Assembly (NCBI RefSeq): GCF_030028105.1
Contig: NC_092379.1
Location: 21,119,309-21,183,308 of the forward strand
Direction: 5' to 3'
Length of the DNA: 64,000 nt
DNA from: Mobula birostris
Taxonomy: Eukaryota
Within the stretch, counting starts at the first letter, position 1. Each line of letters starts with the position of its first letter. Shown here piece by piece: positions 10,936 to 24,856 of the stretch. Under the pieces are notes generated by a model. The model had not been told where the DNA came from. It worked only from the letters and a program-made list of their open reading frames with translations, and searched no databases. A program made the translations under genes and the position numbers.

Positions 10936-11355
10936 TGTGTCACTATCCAAGACAAAAATTCTTTTCAGCAAACTAAGTCTTTCACAGGCAGATAAACCCA
11001 GAATTGACTGTACATTTTTTGGCATGGCCACAAATGAAAGCGTATGCACAATATTTTTGTGTGATACCTTTGCCACGCATGTTCCGTTAACTGGAATGTC
11101 TACACCTGAATACCCAGTCATTTTTATATTTGTCTGATGTAACTTCAGTCTTGGCTTTAAAGCATTAGACTCAGATTCTGCAAGAACATTTACTTGCAGT
11201 CCAGTATCAAGTTTTAACAGAATATTGTTTTGATTCACTTGCAACGGAATAGTCCAGTCATTCTTACTCTGTTTATTTTCACAAAGCACATCTATATAAA
11301 ATTCCTCACGTTCATCCTTAAGCACAGCATTTACTGGTTTCATTTTACTTTCCAT
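10936..11355 (-). pseudogene. Gypsy aspartic protease, fused in frame to the RABEP1 fragment
   Basis: WTIPLQVN...LKLDTGLQVNVL...ILGLSACERLSLLKR within ORF 10732-11355. Confidence 0.8.
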
Positions 11356-11369
11356 CTTTCTACTTTTAC

Positions 11370-11902
11370 AGCAGCATGAAACGTCACTGTCTCAGAAGCT
11401 TTGCAAATGCCAAAGCTTTTTCAAAATTTAAATTTTGCTCTCTCAACAGCCTTTTTCTCAGAGCATTATCTCGAATGCCACAAACGAGTCTATCTTTAAT
11501 GAGAGAGTCAATGAGCAATCCAAACTTGCATGTCTACTACGCTTTCTTAACTCAGTAACATACTGATCAATTGTTTCAGCGGCTCTCTGCACACGAGAAG
11601 AATTTATATCGCTCATACGTTAAATTACACTTAGGTATACAAAATGCTTCAAATCTGTCCATTATCGACCTTAAATTGAAATTATCTCCATCATCAAAGA
11701 CAAAATTATTATATACTTCTACTGTGTCATTCCCGATTACATAGAGCAAAAGCGCAGCTTTGATTTTTTTCAATTTTTCTTCATAATCGATCGCAGATAA
11801 ATAAAGTTCAAACTGTTGCTTGAATATCCTCCAATTCTCAGCTACATTGCCAGTCAGCTGAAGTTTTGGTAGGGGTGGTAAACCTTCCATTTTACCATTC
11901 AA
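11370..11902 (-). pseudogene. Gypsy gag, frameshifted, zinc knuckle apparently absent
   Basis: LQLTGNVAENWRIFKQQFELYL...LLLYVIG...ERYKFF, then LIKDRLVCGIRD..LREKRLL. Confidence 0.8.
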
Positions 11903-12249
11903 AGTTCAAACTTTTTTCTTCTATTTTTTTTTGATTATCTTCGATTCTCTATTCTCTCGTATTATTCTTCCAGAACTACTTCTGACACCATGTTATGTTA
12001 CTTCTGTTTAAACGCACCATGGATTAACAGTAAAGAATCATATTCTGGAAGAATTTGAGAAATTTTATTTACAGTATTAAGCAAACACGTCTTAACCCAG
12101 CCACGCGCTGGAACATTCTGGCAATCCCGCGCATGCTCAGTGCTCTGACCAGTCATGTACTGGCACATCATTGCATGTGATATCACCACAACAGGTATGA
12201 TAGGTCAGATAGTTTGGAGTGTGTATATTTTAAAGCTAAGAGTATTATG

Positions 12250-15110
12250 GGTAAGAGTGATAAGACCATAAGGTAAAGGAGCAGAAGTTGGCCATTTGGC
12301 TCATGAAGTCCGCTCTGCCATTCAATCATGGACTGATGCAATTCTTCCAGTCATCCCCACTCCCCTACCTTCTCCCCTTACCCTTTGATGCTTTGCCTAA
12401 TCAAGAATCTATCTATCTCTGCCTTAAATGCACCCATGACTTGGCCTCCACAGCTGCTTGTGACAACAAATTCCACAGATTTACCACACTCTGACTAAAG
12501 TAATTTCTCTGCATCTCTGTTCTAATGGACATCCTTCAATCTTGAAGTTGGGCCCTCTTGTCCTAGACTCCCCTACCATGGGAAATAACTTTGCCATATC
12601 TAATCTGTTGAGGCCTTTTAACATTCAGAATGTTTCTGTGAGATCCCCCCCATTCTACTGAACTCCAGGGAATACAGATCAAGAAATGGCAGACATTTCT
12701 CGTACGGTAACCCTTTCATTCCTGGAATCATTCCTGTGAATCTTCTCTGAACCCTCTCCAATGTCAGTATATCCTTTCTGAAATAAGAAACCCAAAACTG
12801 CATACAATACGCCAAGTGTGGTCTCATGAGTGCCTTATAGAGCCTCAACATTACATCCTTGCTCCCTATCCTATACCTCTAGAAATGAATGCCAACGTTG
12901 CATTCGCCTTCTTCACCACCGACTCAACCTGGAGGTTAACCTTTAGGTTATCCTACAAAAGGACTCCCAAGTTCCTTTGCACCCCTGCATTTTGAATTCT
13001 CTTTCCATCTAAATAATGATCTGCCCATTTATTTCTTCCACCAAAGTGCATAAGCAGACACTTTCCAACATTGTAATTCATTCGCCACTTCTTTTCCCAT
13101 TTCGCTAAACTATCTAAAACTCTATGCAGGCTCTGTTTCCTCAAGACTACCCACTCCTCTACCTATCTTTGTATAAACAGCAAATTTAGCCACAAATCCA
13201 TTAATCCCACAGTCCTAATCATTGACATAGAAACATAGAAAATAGGTGCAGGAGTAGGCCATTCAGCCCTTCGAGCCTGCACCGCCATTTATTATGATCA
13301 TGGCTGATCATCCAACTCAGAACCCTGCCCCAGCCTTCCCTCCATACCCACTGATCCCCATAGCCACAAGGGCCATATCTAACTCCCTCTTAAATATAGC
13401 CAATGAGCTGGCCTCAACTGTTTCCTGTGGCAGAGAATTCCACAGATTCACCACTCTCTGTGTGAAGAAGTTTTTCCTAATCTCGGTCCCAAAAGGCTTC
13501 CCCTTTATCCTTAAACTGTGACCCCTCGTTCTGGACTTCCCCAACATCAGGAACAATCTTCCTGCATCTGGCCTGTCCAATCCCTTTAGGATTTTATACG
13601 TTTCAATCAGATCTCCCCTCAATTTTCTAAATTCCAATGAGTACAAGCCCAGTTCATCCAGTCTTTCTTCATGTGAAAGTCTTGCCATCCCAGGAATAAA
13701 TCTGGTGAACCTTCTTCATACTCCCTCTATGGCAAGGATGTCTTTCCTCAGATTAGGGGACCAAAACTGCACACAATACTCCAGGTGTGGTCTCACCAAG
13801 GCCTTGTACAACTGCAGTAGTACCTCCCTGCTCCTGTACTCGAATCCTCTCGCTATAAATGCCAGCATACCATTTGCCTTTTTCACCGTCTGCTGTACCT
13901 GCGTGCCCACTTTCAATGACTGGTGTATAATGACACCCAGGTCTCGTTGCCCCTCCCCTTTTCCTAATCGGCCACCATTCAGATAATAATCTGTTTTCCT
14001 ATTTTTGCCACCAAAGTGGATAACTTCACATTTATCCACATTAAATTGCATCTGCCATGAATTTGCCCACTCACCCAACCTATCCAATTCACTCTGCATC
14101 CTCTTAGCATCCTCCTCATAGCTAACATGGCCACCCAGCTTCGTGTCATCCGCAAACTTGGAGATGCTGCATTTAATTCCCTCATCCAAGTCATTAATAT
14201 ATATTGTAAACAACTGGGGTCCCAGCACTGACCCTTGCGGTACCCCACTAGTCACCGCCTGCCATTCTGAAAAGGTCCCGTTTATTCCCACTCTTTGCTT
14301 CCTGTCTGCTAACCAATTCTCTATCCACATCAATACCTTACCCCCAATACCATGTGCTTTAAGTTTGCACACTAATCTCCTGTGTGGGACCTTGTCAAAA
14401 GCCTTTTGAAAATCCAAATATACCACATCCACTGGCTCTCCCCTATCCACTCTACTAGTTACATCCTCAAAAAATTCTATGAGATTCGTCAGACATGATT
14501 TTCCTTTCACAAATCCATGCTGACATACATCGTAAAAAGCAGCAGCCCCACACCGACCGCCGTGGAACTCCACTGGTGACCAGCAGCCAGCCAGAAAAGG
14601 ATCCCTTTATTCCCACTCTCTGTTTTCTGCTGATCAACCAAAGCTCCACCCATGCTGGTATCTTCCCTGTAACTCCACGGGCTCTCATCTTGCTTAGCAG
14701 CCTCATGTGTGCATCTTGTCAAAGGCCTTCTGAAAATTCAAGTACACCACACCTACTGGATCTCCTTTGTCTACCCTGCTTATAATTTCCTTAAAAATTG
14801 CAGTAGGTTAGTCAGGCAGGATTTTTTCCTTTCCGGAAACCGTGCTGGCTTTGGCCTATCTTGTCATGTGCCTCCAGGTACTCTGTAATCTCATCCCTAA
14901 CAATGGATTCCAACAACTTTCCAACCACTGATGTCAGGCTAACAGGTCTATAGTTTCCTTTCTGCTGCCTCCCACCCTTAAATAGTAGATAAACATTTGC
15001 AATTTTCCAGTCATCTGGTACAATGCCAAAATCTATCAAATCTTGAAAGATCGCTGTTAATGCCTCCACAGTCTCTACAGCTACTTCCTTCAGATCCAAA
15101 GGACACACAC
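12250..15110 (-). mobile_element. Stack of CR1-type LINE RT and 3' fragments
   Basis: ORF 13716-14573: QHGFVKGKSCLTNLIEFF, VYLDFQKAFD, GVPQGSVLGP, KFADDTKL. The 3' UTR is near 13230-13330. Confidence 0.88.
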
Positions 15111-15112
15111 AC

Positions 15113-15474
15113 CAGGTTCCCGCCGATCGTACCCTTTCACCCTGTGCGTCTATGGTCGGTTCCCGCGACCCGACTTCCAAACTCACACCAACTTGTGGGG
15201 GCACACCACTCTTCCAGGGTCTCGTTATCTTGTGATTTCGTGGTGTGTCCCGTGCCTTAGCGAACCTGTTCTTTTTATCCCCCTGCCAGGGTATCGCCTG
15301 TCCATTAAACTTCAAACAGTTCAGGTTCAAAGCAACCTGTCTGTCAATACTCCTAATTGTGTTTCTTTTCCGTTATCTCTCTCCTCTCTCATTAACATTT
15401 TGAACGCTTCTCCATTGTCTCCCTTATCTCTAACATCAGTATCAATCTTCTGATAACTTGGTTTGTCGTCACAC
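15113..15474 (-). mobile_element. Possible truncated LTR fragment inside CR1
   Basis: CpG-containing non-CR1 block that starts TGTGACG on the minus strand and has a TATA-like gataaaa. No partner LTR seen. Confidence 0.3.
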
Positions 15475-18400
15475 CATCCACTTTCATATTAAAATCCCCA
15501 ACGATTATCATGACCTTGTCCTTCTGACATGCCTTTTCTATCTCCTGCTGTAATTTTTAATACATGTCCCCGCTGCTGTTTGGAGGCCTGTATACGGCTG
15601 CTAATAGGGTCCTTTTACCCTTAACATTTCTTAACTCAACCCATAGATACTCTACACCTTCCGATCCTATGTCATCCCTTTCTAATGATTTGATATTATT
15701 TCTTATAAACAGGACCACACCATCCCTTCTGCCTGTTAAACTATCTTTCCGATGCACTATATATCCTTGGACGTTCAGCTCCCAATGGCAGCCTTCCTTT
15801 AGCCAAGATAAAATGAGAGCATGGATCAGTTTGTGGAACTACAATCTTATAGCCATTTCAGAAACTTTGTCAAGAGTGGGGCAGGAATGGGTGTTTAATG
15901 TACCAGGTTCTTTAAGGAGGGTGCACTCACACTAATAGGATTGTACTGCAGACCCCCTATTAGCCACCTGGACATTGAGAAATGGATATCCAATTTGGTT
16001 AAGGAAAAGTGTGAAAATAATATTGTTGTTGTCATGGGGGATTTCAACTTCCCTAATGTAAACCGGGACTATCTTAGTGTAAGGGATTCCGTCAGGGCTG
16101 AATTTGTTAAGTGCATCCAGGAAGGTTTCTTAAATCAGTATGTGTACAGTCCAATGAATGGAGGGGGCCATTCTGTTCCTGGTGTTGGGGAATTAGCCTG
16201 GCCAGGTGACTGACCTTTCAGTGGGTGAAGAGTAAAGGAAGAGTGATAACTCATTAACTTTCAGGATAGATATTGACAAGGATTGGTATTGTCCTTGTGG
16301 GACAATTTTAAATTCGCATAGGGCAATTTACAAGGGCATTTCGCAGGAACTAAGAAGTGTTAATTGGAAACCCCTTTTCTCTGGCAAGTTCACATCAGAC
16401 ATGTGGACGGTGTTTCAAGAGCAATTGCACAGAGTACAGGAAAGGTATGTTCCTGTCAGAAAGAAGGATGGGGATGGAAAGAGAAGAGAACCTTGTCAGA
16501 CACATGATGAATTTAGTCAAGAAGAAAAAGATAAAGTGTATAAAGCTTCAGAAGGTTGAATCAACCAAAGCACATGAGGGGTATAAAGAAGCCAGAAAGG
16601 AACTTAAAGGAATTGGGAAAGCCAGGAGGGGCCATGAAAAATCTTTGGCAAATTGGGTTAAAGTGAACCCCAAGGCATTTTGCACATACATCAAGAGCAA
16701 AAGTATAACTCGGGAGAGGGTGGGAACACTCAGTGATAAAGGGAGGAACATTTGCTTGGATGCAGAGAATGAGAGTGAGGTGTTTAATGAGTACTTTGCT
16801 TCAGTATTTAGTAAGAAAAATATGTGGAGAACCGGGAGATCAGTGCTGAGTATATAAACAAATTAGGACATTTAAAGGTAAAGGCGGAGGAATTGTTGGG
16901 CTTCCAAAAAGGATTAAGATGGATAAGTCCTCAGGACTAATGTTTCAAAGAAACACTGAATGCCTACAGCACAATACAGGCCCTTGGCCCCACAATGCTG
17001 TGCCAAACATGTACTTAATTTAGAGACTACCTAGGGTTACCCATTACCCTCTATTTTTCTAAGCTCCATGTACCTATCCAGGAGCCTCTTAAAAGACCCT
17101 ATTGTATCCGCCTCCACCACAGTAGACGGCAGCCCATTCCACACACTCACCACTCTATGTAAAAACTTACCCCTGACATCCCGTCTGTACCTATTTCCAA
17201 ACACCTTAAAACTGTGCCCTCTCCTGTTAGCCATTTCAGCTCAGGGAAAAAGCCTCTGACTATCCACACAATCAATGCCTCTCATCATCTTGTACACCTC
17301 TATCAGGTCATGTCTCATCCTCATCGCTTCAAAGAGAAAAGGCTAAGTTCACTCAACCTATTCTCATAAGGCATGCTCCCCACTCCAGGCAACATCCTTA
17401 CAAATCTCCTCTGCACCATTTCTATAGTTTCCACATCCTTCCTGTAGGGAGGTGACCAGAACTAAGCACAGTACTCCAAGTGACGTCTGACCAGTGTCCT
17501 ATACAGCTGTAACATTATCTCTCAGCTCTTCAACTCAGTATCACAGTTGATGAAGGCAATTCACTGTATGCCTCCTTAACCACAGAGTCAACCTGTGCAG
17601 CAGCTTTGAGTGTCCTATGGACATGAACTCCAAGATCCCCCTGATCCTCCACACTGCCAAGATTCTTACAATTAATACCATCTTCAAGATATTTGACCTA
17701 CCAACATGAACTGCCTCACACTTATCTGGTTTGAACTCATTTGTCACTTCTCAGCCCAGTTTTCCATCCTATCAATGTCCCATTGTAACCTCTGACAGCC
17801 CTCCACACTATCCACAACACCCCCAACCTTTGTGTCATCAGCGAATTTACTAACCCATCCCTCCACTTCCTTATCCAAGTCATTTACAAAAATCTCAAAG
17901 AGAAGGGGTCCCAGAACAGATCCCTGAGACACACCATTGGTCACCGCCCTCCATACAGAATTTGACACGTCTACAATCACACTTTGCCTTCTGTGAGCAA
18001 GCCAATTCTGGATCCACAAAGCAAGGTCCCCTTGGATCCCATTCCGCCTTACTTTCTCAATAAGTCTTGCATGGGGCACCTTATCAAATGCCTTGCTGAA
18101 ATGCATATAGACTAATGTTGTACTTCTATTTAAGAAGCGAACAAGGGAAAATTCTGCGGACTATAGACTGGTGAGTCTCACGTCCGTTGAAGGGAAATTG
18201 CTGAAGAAAAATCTTGGGGATAGATTATTTGAGAATCTCCCGTGGCCTAAGTAGGGAGAGCTAGCATGGCTTTCTGTGGGGCAAGTTGTGCCTTACCAAC
18301 TTGATTGGGTTTTTTGACAAAGTGACAAGACAGATTGAAGAGGGTAGGGCAGTGGATGCTGTCCACATGGATTTTAGTAAGGCATTTAACAAAGTCCCAC

Positions 18401-18600
18401 ATGGGAGGCGAATCCCGAAGATTAAGATGCATGGGATACATGGCAAATTATCTTTTTGAATCAGGAGCTGGCTTACACATAAAAGACAGAGTGTAGTGGT
18501 TGAAGGGACATGTTCAAGCTGGAGGTCTGTCATTAGTGGAGTTCCACAGGTGTCTGTGCTGAGACTTCTGTTGTTAGTAATGTATGTAAATGAGCGGGTA
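15475..18600. mobile_element. CR1 fragments in both orientations
   Basis: Endonuclease (AAVYRPPNS, MGDFNFPNV), RT (FSKAFDKVPH, KFADDTKVGG) and 3' UTR pieces. Confidence 0.85.
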
Positions 18601-18689
18601 AAGGAGTAGTGGGAGAAGGCTCAACGAGGCTTAGGCGATAACGGGTCAAGGCGAGGTAGGTTATCTGTTTAGAATACAGACAGAAAGAA

Positions 18690-21600
18690 TGTGTGTGAGG
18701 CTGGTTTTCTGTGCTTGGAGTCAGATGTGAAAAGTCCTGGAGACTCCCAGCCTCCCGGAGAATCATATCTGCACCAGGTGCGTCGAGCTGCAGCTCCTTA
18801 TGGAACTGGAGATACAGCTCAATGACTTTCGTCTGGTCACAGAGAGTGAGGAGGTGATAGAGAGGAGGTATAGGCAGGTAGTCGCTCCGGGGCCTCGGGA
18901 GACAGATAAGTGGGTAACAGTCAGGAGAGGGAAGGGCAAGAAGCGGAGGCCAGAGAGTACCCCAATGGCTGTCCCCCTTAACAATATGTACTCCTATTTA
19001 AGTACTGTTGAGGTAGACAGCCTACCTGGGGGGAGCAACAGTGGTGGCACCTCTGGCACAGAGTCTGACCCTGTGGCTCAGAAGGGTAGGGAAAAGAAGA
19101 GGATGGCAGCAGTGACAGGGGTCTCTGTAGTTAGGCACTCATACAGGCAATTCTGTGGAAGCAGGTAAGAAACATGGATGGTAGCTTGCCTCCCAGGTGT
19201 CAGGGTCCAGGATGTTTCTGATCGGATCCACGATATCTTGAAGGGGGACTTAGAACAGCCAGAGGTCATGGTACATATTGGTACCAATGACATATGTAGG
19301 AAAAGGGAGGAGGTTCTGAAAACAGAATACATGGAATTGGGAAGGAAGTTGAAAAGCAGGACCTCAAAGGTAGTAATCTCGGGATTACTGCCTGTGCCAA
19401 GTGACAGTGAGTATAGGAATAGAATGAGGTGGAGGATAAATGTGTGGCTGAGAGGTTGGAGCAGGGGACAGGGATTCAGATTTCTGGATCATTGGGACCT
19501 CTTCTGAGGCAGGCGTGACCTGTACAAAAAGGACAGGTTGCACTTGAATCTAAGCGGGACCAATATCCCAGTGGGGAGGTTTGCAAAGGTTATTGGGAAC
19601 AGCTTAAACTAGAATTGCTGGGGGTGGGAACCGAACTGAAGTGATAGAGGAAAGGGAGGTTGGCTCACAAATAGAGAAAGCTTGGAGAAAGTACGAAATG
19701 GAGGATAGGCAGGTGATAGAGAAGGGACGCACTCAGACTGATGGCTTGAGATGCGTCTATTTTAATACGAGGAGTATTATGAATAAAGTGGATGAACTTA
19801 GAGTGTGGATCAGCACTTGGAGCTTTGATGTTGTGGCCATTATAGAGACTTGGATGGTGCAGGGGCAGGAATGGCTACTTCAAGTGCCAGACTTTAGATG
19901 TTTCAGAAAGGACAGAGAGGGAGGCAAAAGAGGTGGGGGCGTGGCACTGTTGATCAGAGATAGTGTCACGGCTGCAGAAAAGGAGGAAGTCATGGAGGAG
20001 TTGTCTACGGAGTCTCTGTGGGTGGAAGTTAGGAATAGGAAGGAGTCAATAACTCTACTGCGTGTTTTTTATAGACCACCCAATAGTAACGGACATCAAG
20101 GAGCAGATAGCGCGACAGATTCTGGAAAGGAGTAATAACAGGATTGGTGTGGCGGGAGAGTATAATTTCCCAAATATTGATTGGCATCTCCCTAGAGTGA
20201 GGGGTTTAGATGGGGTGGAGTTTGTTAGGTGTGTTCAGGAAGGTTTCTTGACACAATACGTAGATAAACCTACAAGAGGAGAGGCTGTACTTGATCTGGT
20301 ATTGGGAAATGAACCTGGTCAGGTGTCAGGTTTCTCAGTGGGAGAGCATTTTGAAGATAGTGATCGCAATTCTATCTCCTTTACCATAGCATTGGAGAGG
20401 GATAGGAACAGACAAGTTAGGGAAACTTTTAATTGGAGTCAGGGGAAATATATGGCTATCAGGCAGGAACTTGGAAGCATAAATTAGAAACAGATGTTCT
20501 GAGAGAAACGTACAGAAGAAATGTGGCAAATGTTCAGGGCATATTTGAGTAGGGTTCTAAGTACATACGTTCCAATGAGACATGGAAAGAATGGTAGGGT
20601 ATAAGATCCATGGTGTACAATGGTTGTTGTAAATCTAGTCAAGAAGAAAAGAAGAGCTTACGAAAGGTTCGGAAAACCAGGTAATGATAGGAATCTAGAA
20701 GATTATAAGGCTAGCACGAAGGAGCTTAAGAATGAAATTAGGAGAGCCAGAAGGGGCTATGAGAAGGCCTTGGCGGGCAGGATTAAGGAAAATCCCAAGG
20801 CATTCTACAAGTATGTGAAGAGCAAGAGGATAAGATGTGAGAGAATAGGACCAATCAAGTGTGACAGTGGAAAAGTGTGTATGGAACCGGAGGAAATAGC
20901 GGAGGTACTTAATGAATACTTTGCTTCAGTATTCACTAAGGAAAAGGATCTTAGAAATTGTAAGGATGACTTGCAGTGGACTGAAAAACTTGAGCATATA
21001 GATATTAAGGAAGAGGATGTGCTGGAGCTTTTGGAAGGCATCAAGTTGGGTAAGTCACCAGGACCAGACGGGATGTACGCCAGGCCACTGTGGGCAGTGA
21101 GGGAGGAGATTGCTGAGCCTCTGGCAATAATCTTTGCATAAGCAAAGAGGACAGAAGAGGTTCCAGAAGATTAGAGGGTTGTGGATGTTGTTCCTTTATT
21201 CAAGAAAGGGAGTAAGGATAGCCCAGAAAATTATAGGCCAGTGAGTCTTACATCAGTGGTCGGTAAGTTGTTAGAGAAGGTCCTGAGAGGCAGCATTTAT
21301 GAACAATTGGAGAGGCATAATATGACTAGGAATAGTCAGTGTGGCTTTGTCAAAGGCAGATTGTGCCTTACGAGCCTGATTGAATTTTTTAAGGATCTGA
21401 CTAAACTAGAGCCTTAGATGTAGTATATATGGATGTTAGCAAGGCATTTGATAAGGTACCCCATGCCAGGCTTATTGAAAAAGTAAGGAGGCATGGGATC
21501 CAAGGGGACATTGCTTTGTGGATCCAGAACTGGCTTGGCCACAGAAGGCAAAGAGTGGTTGTAGATGGGTCATATTCTGCACAGAGGCCAGTGACCAGTG

Positions 21601-22585
21601 GTGTGCCTCAGGGATCTGTTCTGGGACCCCTACTCTCTGGAATTTTTATAAATGACCTGGATGAGGAAGTGGAGGGATGGGTTAGTAAATCTGCTGATGA
21701 CACAAAGGTTGGGGGTGTTGTGCATAGTGTGAAGGGCTGTCAGAGGTTACAACAGGACATTGATAGGATGCAAAACTGGGATGCGAAGTGGCAGATGGAG
21801 TTCAACCCAGATAAGCGTAAGTTGGTTCATTTTGGTAGGTCAAATATGATGGCAGGATATAGCAGTAATGGAAAGACTCTTGGCAGTGTGGAGGATCAGA
21901 GGGATCTTGGGGTCCAGTCCATAGGACACTCAGAGCTGCTATGTAGTTTGACTCTGTGGTTAAGAAAGCATATTGTGCATTGTCCTTCAACAATTGTGGG
22001 ATTGAGTTTAAGAGCTGAGAGGTAATGTTTCAGCTATATAAGACCCTGGTCAGACCCCACTTGGAGTACTGTACTCAATTCTGTTGCCTCACTACAGGAA
22101 GGACGTGGAAACCATAGAAAGGGTACAGAGGAGATTTACAAGGATATTGCCTGGATTGGGGAGCATGCTTTATGAGAATAGGTTGAGTGAACTCAGTCTT
22201 TTCTCCTTGGAGCGACGGAGGATGAGAGGTGACCTGATAGAGGTGTTCAAGATAGTGAGAGGCATTGATTGTGTGGATCGTCAGAGGCTTTTCCCTAGGG
22301 CTGAAATGGCTAGCATGAGAGGGCATAGTTTTATAGTGCTTGAAGTAGGTCCAGAGGAGATGTCAGGGGTAAGTTTTTTACGCACTGAGTCATGAGTGCG
22401 TGGAATGGGCTGCTGGCGGTGGTGGTGGAGGCAAAAATGACAGGGTCTTTTAAGATAATCCTAGATGACAACATGGAGCTTAGAAAAACAGAGGGCTATG
22501 GGTAAACCCTAGGTAGTTCTAAGGTAGGGACATGTTTGGCACAGCTTTGGGGGCCAAAGGTCCTGTACTGTGCTGTAGGTTTTCT
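18690..22585 (+). mobile_element. Near full-length decayed CR1 LINE (zinc finger/SGNH esterase ORF1 plus EN-RT ORF2)
   Basis: ORF1: ICTRCVELQ, MVACLPGVRVQDV, VHIGTNDI. ORF2: YFNTRSI, NYRPVSLTS, DVSKAFDKVPH, ADDTKVGG. The 3' UTR follows. Many stops. Confidence 0.88.
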
Positions 22586-22589
22586 ATGT

Positions 22590-23510
22590 TACTATCAGGC
22601 AGGAACTTGGAAGCAGAAATTGGAAACAGATGTTCTCAGGGGAACATATTGAAGAAATGTGGCAAATATTCATGGGATATTTGCGTGGGATTCTGCATAG
22701 ATACATTTCAATGAGACAGGGAAAAGATTGTAGGGTACAGGAACTGTGGTGTACAAAGGCTGTTGTAAATCTTGCCAAGAAGAAAAGAAGAACTTAAAAA
22801 AAGGTTCAAAAAACTAGGTAATGTTAGAGATCTAGAAGACTGTGAGGTTAGCAGGAAGGAGCTTAAGAATGAAATTAGGAGAGCCAGAAGGCAGCATGAG
22901 AAGGCCTTGGCGGACAGGATTAAGGAAAACCCTAGGGCATTCTACAAGCATGTGAAGAGCAAGAGGATAAGACGTAAGAGAATAGGACCAATCAAGTGTG
23001 ACATTTGAAAAGTGTGTATGAAACTGGAGGAAATGGCAGAGGTACTTAATTAATACTTGGCTTCAGTATTCACTACGGAAAAGGATCTTGCTGATTATAG
23101 AGATGACTTGCAGTGGACTGAAAAACTTGAGAATGTAGAAATTAAGGAAGAGGATGTGCTGGAGCTTTTGGAAAGCATCAAGTTGGATAAGTCACTGGGA
23201 CCGGACAGGATGCACCCCAGGCTACTGTGGGAAGCAAGGGAGGAGATTGTTGAGCCTCTGGTGATGATCTTTGGATCATCAATGAGTACAAGAGAGGATC
23301 CAAAGGATTGGAGGGTTCTGGATGTTGTTCCTTTAATCAAGAAAGAGAGTAGGGATAGACCAGGAAATTATAGACCAGTGAGTCTTACTTCAGTGGTTTT
23401 TAAGTTGATGGAGAAGATTCTGAGAGGCAGGATTTATGAACATTTGGAGAGTCATAATATGACTAGGAATAGTCAGCATGGCTTTGTCAAAGGCAGGTCG
23501 TGCCTTAGGT
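22590..23510 (+). mobile_element. CR1 ORF2 fragment
   Basis: IKENPRAFYKHVKSKR, NYRPVSLTS, QHGFVKGRSC. Confidence 0.85.
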
Positions 23511-23514
23511 CCAG

Positions 23515-24450
23515 TCCCTATATACTTCCATCCCCCATTAGGAAGTTCTCAAAGTTCTCCACTTCTTTTTGGATTCCAGACCTAACCAGTTCCCCTCTAC
23601 CACCACTCTGGTCCATCTAGCCGAATTAGTCCTTACTCTTCATACTTTCTCCTTTGGCTCCTCCCACTTCCTCCAAACTAAAGGTGTAGCTATGGGCACC
23701 CGTATGGGTCCTAGCTATGCCTGCCTTTTTGTTGGCTTTGTGGAACAATCTATATTCCAAACCTATTCTGATATCTGTCCCCCACTTATCCTTCGCTACA
23801 TCGACGACTGCATTGGCGCTGCTTCCTGCACACATGCTGAGCTCGTTGACTTCATTAACTTTGCCTCCAACTTTCACCCTGCCCTCAAGTTTACCTTGTC
23901 CATTTCCAACAACTCCCTCCCCTTTCTAGATCTTTCTGTCTCTATCTTTGGAGACAGCTTATCTACTGATGTCTACTATAAGCCTACTGCCTCTCACAGT
24001 TATCTGGACTATTCCTCTTCTCACCCTGTCTCTTGCCATCCCCTTCTCGCAATTCCTCCGTCTCTGCCACATCTGCTCTCAGGATGAGGCTTTTCATTCC
24101 AGGACGAGGGAGATGTCCTCCTTTTTTAAAGGAAGGGGTTTCCCTTCCTCCACCATCAACTCTGCTCGCAAACGCATCTCCCTCATTTCACACACATCTG
24201 CTCTCACTCCAACCTCCCGCCACCCCACTAGGAATAGGTTCCCCTTGTCCTTACCTACCACCCCACCAGCCTCCGGGACCAACATATTATTCTCTGTAAC
24301 TTCCGCCACCTCCAATGGGATCCCACCACTAAGCACATCTTTCCGTCCCCAACTCTCTCTGCCTTCCGCAGGGATAACTTCCTACGCGATTCCCTTGTCC
24401 ATTCGTCTCCCCCATCCCTCCCCACCGATCCCCCTCCTGGCACTTATCCT
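23515..24450 (+). mobile_element. Penelope-like element RT fragment
   Basis: QTKGVAMGTRMGPSYACLF, LRYIDDCIG, LPFLDL, TDVYYKPT. Confidence 0.85.
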
Positions 24451-24856
24451 TAAGGAGGTGATAGCCAGGAGCTACAGAGAGGAGATTACCCCAAGGCTGC
24501 GGGAGACCGGTGTCTGGGTGACTGTCAGGAGACGGGGGGCAAATGTACAAGAAGTGCAGAGAACACCTGTGGCTGTTCCCCTCAATAATAAATCTATAAC
24601 TTTATATACTATTGAAGGGGAGTCAGAGTGACTGGGTCTCTGGCACTGAGTCTGGTGATGTGGCTCAGAAGAGGAGAGAGGTGAAGAGGAATGCAGTGGT
24701 GATAGGAGATTCCTTAGACAGAGGAACAGGACGAGGTTCTGTGGGCTCGATAGAGACACACAGGTGGTATGTTGCATCCCTGCTGTCAGGATCAGGGATA
24801 TCATAGGTTGTGTCCATGGCATTCTCAATGGCGAGCATGAACAGCCAGAAGTCTTT

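Larger units (their letters stand above)
10082..12190 (-). mobile_element. Internally deleted Gypsy LTR retrotransposon carrying host gene fragments
   Basis: TG..CA LTRs at 10082-10281 and 11991-12190 (about 90% identical by eye). 5-bp TSD acagg at 10077-10081 and 12191-12195. PBS TGGTGTCAGAAGT (11978-11990, minus strand; matches the recalled tRNA-Leu 3' end). PPT aaggaaaggaagg next to the left LTR. Confidence 0.93.
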
